Assembly (NCBI GenBank): GCA_963801165.1
Contig: CAWDDT010000013.1
Location: 32,001-96,000 of the forward strand
DNA from: an uncultured bacterium
Lineage (GTDB): Bacteria; Actinomycetota; Acidimicrobiia; Spongiisociales; UBA5794
DNA length: 64,000 nucleotides
Reading direction: 5' to 3'
Part shown: piece by piece, positions 61,926 to 64,000 of the stretch
Position numbering within the stretch: the stretch's first letter is position 1
Layout: every line of letters begins with the position of its first letter
Program-made: the position numbers and the translations under genes
The notes under the pieces: model-generated
What the model was told of the DNA's origin: nothing
The model's database searches: none
What the model saw: the letters and a program-made list of their open reading frames with translations, nothing else

Positions 61926-62926
61926 GCCCCGAGACTGTCCTCGAGCCCGTCCCCGACTTCTTCGACAATCCGGATCGCTCGCCGGTAGTCCATCCGCATC
62001 GGGCCCAGCACACCGATTCGGCCGCGCCCGGTTCCGCCCACGGTGAACGCGGTCGAAACTACCGCAAAGTCGGCGTCTGGCACATCCGTCTCGGCACCGA
62101 GGCGTACGGATGTCCCTTCACCCTCACTGTCCAGGAGTTGCCGGACGTGCTGGTGCTGTTCGAGGAGCTCGAGCATGGTATGCACCTGAGCCAGGTCCTG
62201 CCACAGCGACGCAAGCTGGCTGGTGCCGCCGACGTACAACTCACGGGTAGCGTCCACAGATGCGCCCACAGCCGCCGAGAGGGCGGTAACGATCGCCTTG
62301 ACCCGATCGGTGAGCTGGTCGGGAGGGATCTCGGCGATCCGCATCACACCGTCGCTGATCGTGGCGCCACGCAGCGCGTCGACGAGCACTTCCTCGGCTT
62401 GATCGAGCTCGTCGCCGGTGGGAGTGATCTGCAGCCTGACGACTTCCTGCCCGACACGGGCCGTCGTCGACGCGATGGTCACCACCATCACCACGGGGCC
62501 GCCGAGCTGCACCAACTGCAGACCCTGGATGATCTCCTCGCCGAACCCTGGTCCGATGACGACCGCCGGGTAGTGTGAAATGTCTGACAGCAGACCACTC
62601 GTCTGGCGCAGCAATTTGCCCAATTCCTCGTGGAAACCGCGGAAAAACACCTCGATCCGCTCCCGCGTCGAGCTCCGCAGCTTGGTAGGAGAGCAGTGGT
62701 CGACGTAGTAGCGGTAACCGGCAGGCGTGGGAACCCGACCCGCGGAAGTATGCGGCTGGGTAACAAACCCGTAGGACTCGAGCTTGGCCAGATCGTTGCG
62801 GATGGTTGCGCTGGAGACATCGACAGAGCATCGCTCCAGGACCGCGCGCGAACTCACGGGCTCCCCGGTTCGGATGTACTCCTCTACCAGCGCCCGGAGA
62901 ACGATGGATCTGCGGTCATCGATCAT
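61922..62926 (-). CDS. hrcA: Heat-inducible repressor HrcA
   Basis: [43 protein letters not shown]. Confidence 0.96.
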   Translation of the reverse strand: MIDDRRSIVLRALVEEYIRTGEPVSSRAVLERCSVDVSSATIRNDLAKLESYGFVTQPHTSAGRVPTPAGYRYYVDHCSPTKLRSSTRERIEVFFRGFHEELGKLLRQTSGLLSDISHYPAVVIGPGFGEEIIQGLQLVQLGGPVVMVVTIASTTARVGQEVVRLQITPTGDELDQAEEVLVDALRGATISDGVMRIAEIPPDQLTDRVKAIVTALSAAVGASVDATRELYVGGTSQLASLWQDLAQVHTMLELLEQHQHVRQLLDSEGEGTSVRLGAETDVPDADFAVVSTAFTVGGTGRGRIGVLGPMRMDYRRAIRIVEEVGDGLEDSLGA

Positions 62927-62935
62927 CTACCGAAT

Positions 62936-62962
62936 TTAGCACTCTCCCACTGAGAGTGATAA
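62936..62962. promoter_or_regulatory. CIRCE operator
   Basis: TTAGCACTC-N9-GAGTGATAA (one mismatch), 9 bp upstream of hrcA. Confidence 0.9.
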
Positions 62963-63041
62963 GAACCCCGTCCGGATATGGGCTTGTTCTTCGGGGCGAA
63001 TGTCGCACTGAGTGCCCACGGCGAGGTACCGTCTGTGGTTG

Positions 63042-64000
63042 ATGGCAAAGCTTCAGGAAAGGGCCTTCGGGCAGATTCAACGGGGCAGCCCGAGCAGGTT
63101 CGTCGGTGCGTCGCTTGTGGTCGGGATACTCGTCGGCATAGGGGCCGCGGCCCTCGTGAGGACAATCGAGGGTGTGGTGACGGTCGTCAACCACCTCGAA
63201 AAGGCCGCAGGCACCAGACTGGTCGTCGCTGCCGCCGTGATCATCGGTCTCGTCCTCACCTGGGTGGTCGACCGCTTCCTCGGGCCCGGGGTCGCCGGCG
63301 GTGGTGTCGGCGAGGTGCTGACGTCGCTATCGCTCGAGGCCGGCTACCTCCCGAGCCGACTCGTCCCCGGCAAGGTCATCGCCACCGCGTTGAGCCTGGG
63401 GACCGGTGCATCTGGTGGCCGGGAGGGCCCGATAGTCCTCATCGGTGCCGCCATCGGATCTTCGTTCGCCCGCTCCAGCCGCTTCGGGCAGGACGAGATG
63501 CAGGCTCTGGTGGCGGCCGGCGCGGGTGCGGGCATCGGTGCTGTATTCAACGCCCCGATCGCAGGCATGCTGTTCGCTCTCGAGGTGCTCCTGGGATCGG
63601 TAGCTCTGCGCCACCTCAACTCTGTGGTTGTTGTATCAGTCGCCGCGTCGGTCACTACCCACGCCATCCTCGGCGAGGACTCGTTCCTGCGCAGCCCCGC
63701 TTACACCCTCGGCAACCCGTCAACCCAATCGAGCGTCTCCTATATCGTCGACCCGCAACAGCTCGTTCTGTTCGCGTTGCTTGCCGTCGTCATCGTGGCT
63801 TTTGGCTACGGCTTTCTGGAGATGATGCACCTCGCCGAAACCAGAGCGAATCGGTTCAGCCTCGGCTGGGTGAAGCCTGCGCTGGCCGGGCTCATCGTCG
63901 GAGTCATCGGGCTGGCACGACCCGAAGCACTCGGAACCGGTCAGGAATTCCTGCGCACGATGCTTCGCTCGATCGAGCCGGGGAGTCTCAGCTGGACCTT
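63042..64000 (+). CDS. ClC-family chloride channel / H+/Cl- antiporter (partial, runs off the right edge)
   Basis: MAKLQ.. open frame with GASGGREGP, AAGAGAGIGAVFNAPIAG..F.LE. Confidence 0.88.
   Translation, partial: MAKLQERAFGQIQRGSPSRFVGASLVVGILVGIGAAALVRTIEGVVTVVNHLEKAAGTRLVVAAAVIIGLVLTWVVDRFLGPGVAGGGVGEVLTSLSLEAGYLPSRLVPGKVIATALSLGTGASGGREGPIVLIGAAIGSSFARSSRFGQDEMQALVAAGAGAGIGAVFNAPIAGMLFALEVLLGSVALRHLNSVVVVSVAASVTTHAILGEDSFLRSPAYTLGNPSTQSSVSYIVDPQQLVLFALLAVVIVAFGYGFLEMMHLAETRANRFSLGWVKPALAGLIVGVIGLARPEALGTGQEFLRTMLRSIEPGSLSWT

Overview
High-GC actinobacterial chromosome segment; gene content suggests Acidimicrobiia (inference). Scattered 1-2 bp frameshifts look like long-read assembly indels. 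Four zones. (1) 1-9.8 kb: a giant secreted CSLREA/PKD/Ig-repeat (DUF5011-like) protein running off the left edge, a sensor kinase, a glycosyltransferase plus MAF/DUF115-like pair, GNAT, thioesterase and trmL. (2) ~9.8-29.6 kb: a sugar/sugar-acid catabolic island with two ABC systems, GntR/IclR/LacI regulators, two enolase-superfamily enzymes, a lactonase, an AKR, a Zn-dehydrogenase, KduD, KdgK and Eda. Together these could form a complete L-galactose-to-KDG route. (3) 29.6-42.4 kb: a ~12.7 kb integrative mobilisable element bounded by a 54-bp duplication of the tRNA-Asn 3' end. It carries AbiEi/AbiEii, a MobF relaxase, xis/int, a decayed MazE-like antitoxin, a lipoprotein + secreted L,D-transpeptidase-fold (Tlde1-like) protein + atypical LuxR module, an IS110 whose upstream non-coding end has visible bridge-RNA-like guides, and a standalone HEPN protein. 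(4) 42.4-64 kb: core backbone (PAS kinase, APH, rpoD, dnaG, Lrp, glyQS, uppS, recO, era, CBS protein, ybeY, 7TM-HD, phoH, bldD, rsmE, dnaJ, hrcA with CIRCE, ClC), with an unusual repeat-rich candidate sRNA/small-ORF locus between dnaG and lrp. All calls come from reading sequence motifs by eye; no searches were run.
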